Origin: an uncultured virus (IMG/VR IMGVR_UViG_3300031759_000004) | Lineage: Duplodnaviria > Heunggongvirae > Uroviricota > Caudoviricetes | Direction: 5' to 3' (one strand) | DNA length: 64,000 nucleotides | Virus record (IMG/VR): IMGVR_UViG_3300031759_000004 | Coordinates: 62,001-126,000 of that record | Shown here: one piece after another, positions 63,501-64,000 of the stretch | Layout of the letters: the number at the start of each line of letters is the position of its first letter | How positions within the stretch are numbered: the first letter of the stretch is position 1 | Notes under the pieces: generated by a model | Seen by the model: the letters and a program-made list of their open reading frames with translations, nothing else | Told to the model about the DNA's origin: nothing | Database searches by the model: none | Position numbers and translations under genes: made by a program

Positions 63501-64000
63501 ACAACCCTCGGTAAACGGACTCATGGTCATCGGACCGGATGACCTGAAGGAAAACGCAATGAACGCGGCCTTCTGCTTTATCCGGCAAACCTGGCCGCTC
63601 AAAAGCTTGATCGTCATCAACGGCAGCGGACGCGCCATAAGCCTGCCGCCGGAGGTAAAGGTGGTGGAGTCCGGCGGCAGCATCCAGGAGCTTAAGAACG
63701 CCGCCCTGGAGCTGGCCCAGGCCGAGTGGTGCTTCCCCTGGCTGCCAAACTACTGGTACGACCCCGACTACATCGACTTTCACATGCGGGCAGTCACCAA
63801 CAGTCTCCACCTGGTCAGCAGCGCTTCCGGCGTCGAGCAGCCGGACGACAATGCCGCCTGCTTCGCCTTTTTCCGCTCTGCGCTGGGTCTGATCCGCTAC
63901 AACGCTGAGGGAAATGAGCGTACCTTCGCGGAACAGTTTGTGCCTTCGATTACGCTGATTCAGACGAAGCGTTTAAGCTACCGGATAGGACTTATTACTC
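63487..64000 (+). CDS. GT2-like protein, paralog of the 59996 N-domain (runs off window)
   Basis: MAWPEQPSVNGLMV...FCFIRQTWPLKSLIVINGSG...ELKNAALELAQAEWCFPWLP; no stop before 64000, so absent from ORF track. Confidence 0.75.
   Translation, partial: MAWPEQPSVNGLMVIGPDDLKENAMNAAFCFIRQTWPLKSLIVINGSGRAISLPPEVKVVESGGSIQELKNAALELAQAEWCFPWLPNYWYDPDYIDFHMRAVTNSLHLVSSASGVEQPDDNAACFAFFRSALGLIRYNAEGNERTFAEQFVPSITLIQTKRLSYRIGLIT

Noticed and set aside
1..64000. Stop-codon reassignment, introns or inteins
   Set aside because: TAA, TAG and TGA all end clear genes, coding density is high under the standard code, and core genes are uninterrupted.
1..64000. Prophage or cellular origin
   Set aside because: No integrase, att site or bacterial housekeeping operon; the whole window is phage-like.

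Overview
This window is a fragment of a large, GC-rich, T4-like myophage genome with a scrambled gene order on both strands. Structural genes: neck gp13/gp14-like, fused prohead protease-scaffold, major capsid gp23, tail terminator, sheath gp18, two tube-like genes, baseplate hub gp5/gp26/gp27-like and a probable tape measure. Replication/recombination genes: UvsY, gp32-type SSB, UvsX/RecA, gp46/SbcC and a 5'-3' exonuclease. It also carries two adjacent sigma-factor-like genes, an IHF/HU, three free-standing homing endonucleases, at least six glycosyltransferase genes and three SAM methyltransferases. The IHF loop and the SD-less, A-rich start regions suggest a PVC (possibly Verrucomicrobia) host; this is inference. 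Most notable: (1) a perfect chromosomal-type parS palindrome heading a block of Dam-type methylase, MORC/GHKL ATPase and a PurZ/PurZ0-like (Asp13->Ser) adenylosuccinate synthetase; (2) an unannotated programmed-frameshift candidate joining gp26 to a start-less gp51-like frame; (3) about 15 unrelated small proteins sharing a capsid-targeting-like helix ending in (G)E; (4) two phage promoter motifs (GTAnyTA and GTTCT) lying just upstream of starts, besides host sigma70 promoters; (5) several nested in-frame gene pairs. All assignments come from motif recognition by eye; no database searches were run. No tRNA, rRNA or CRISPR array was seen.
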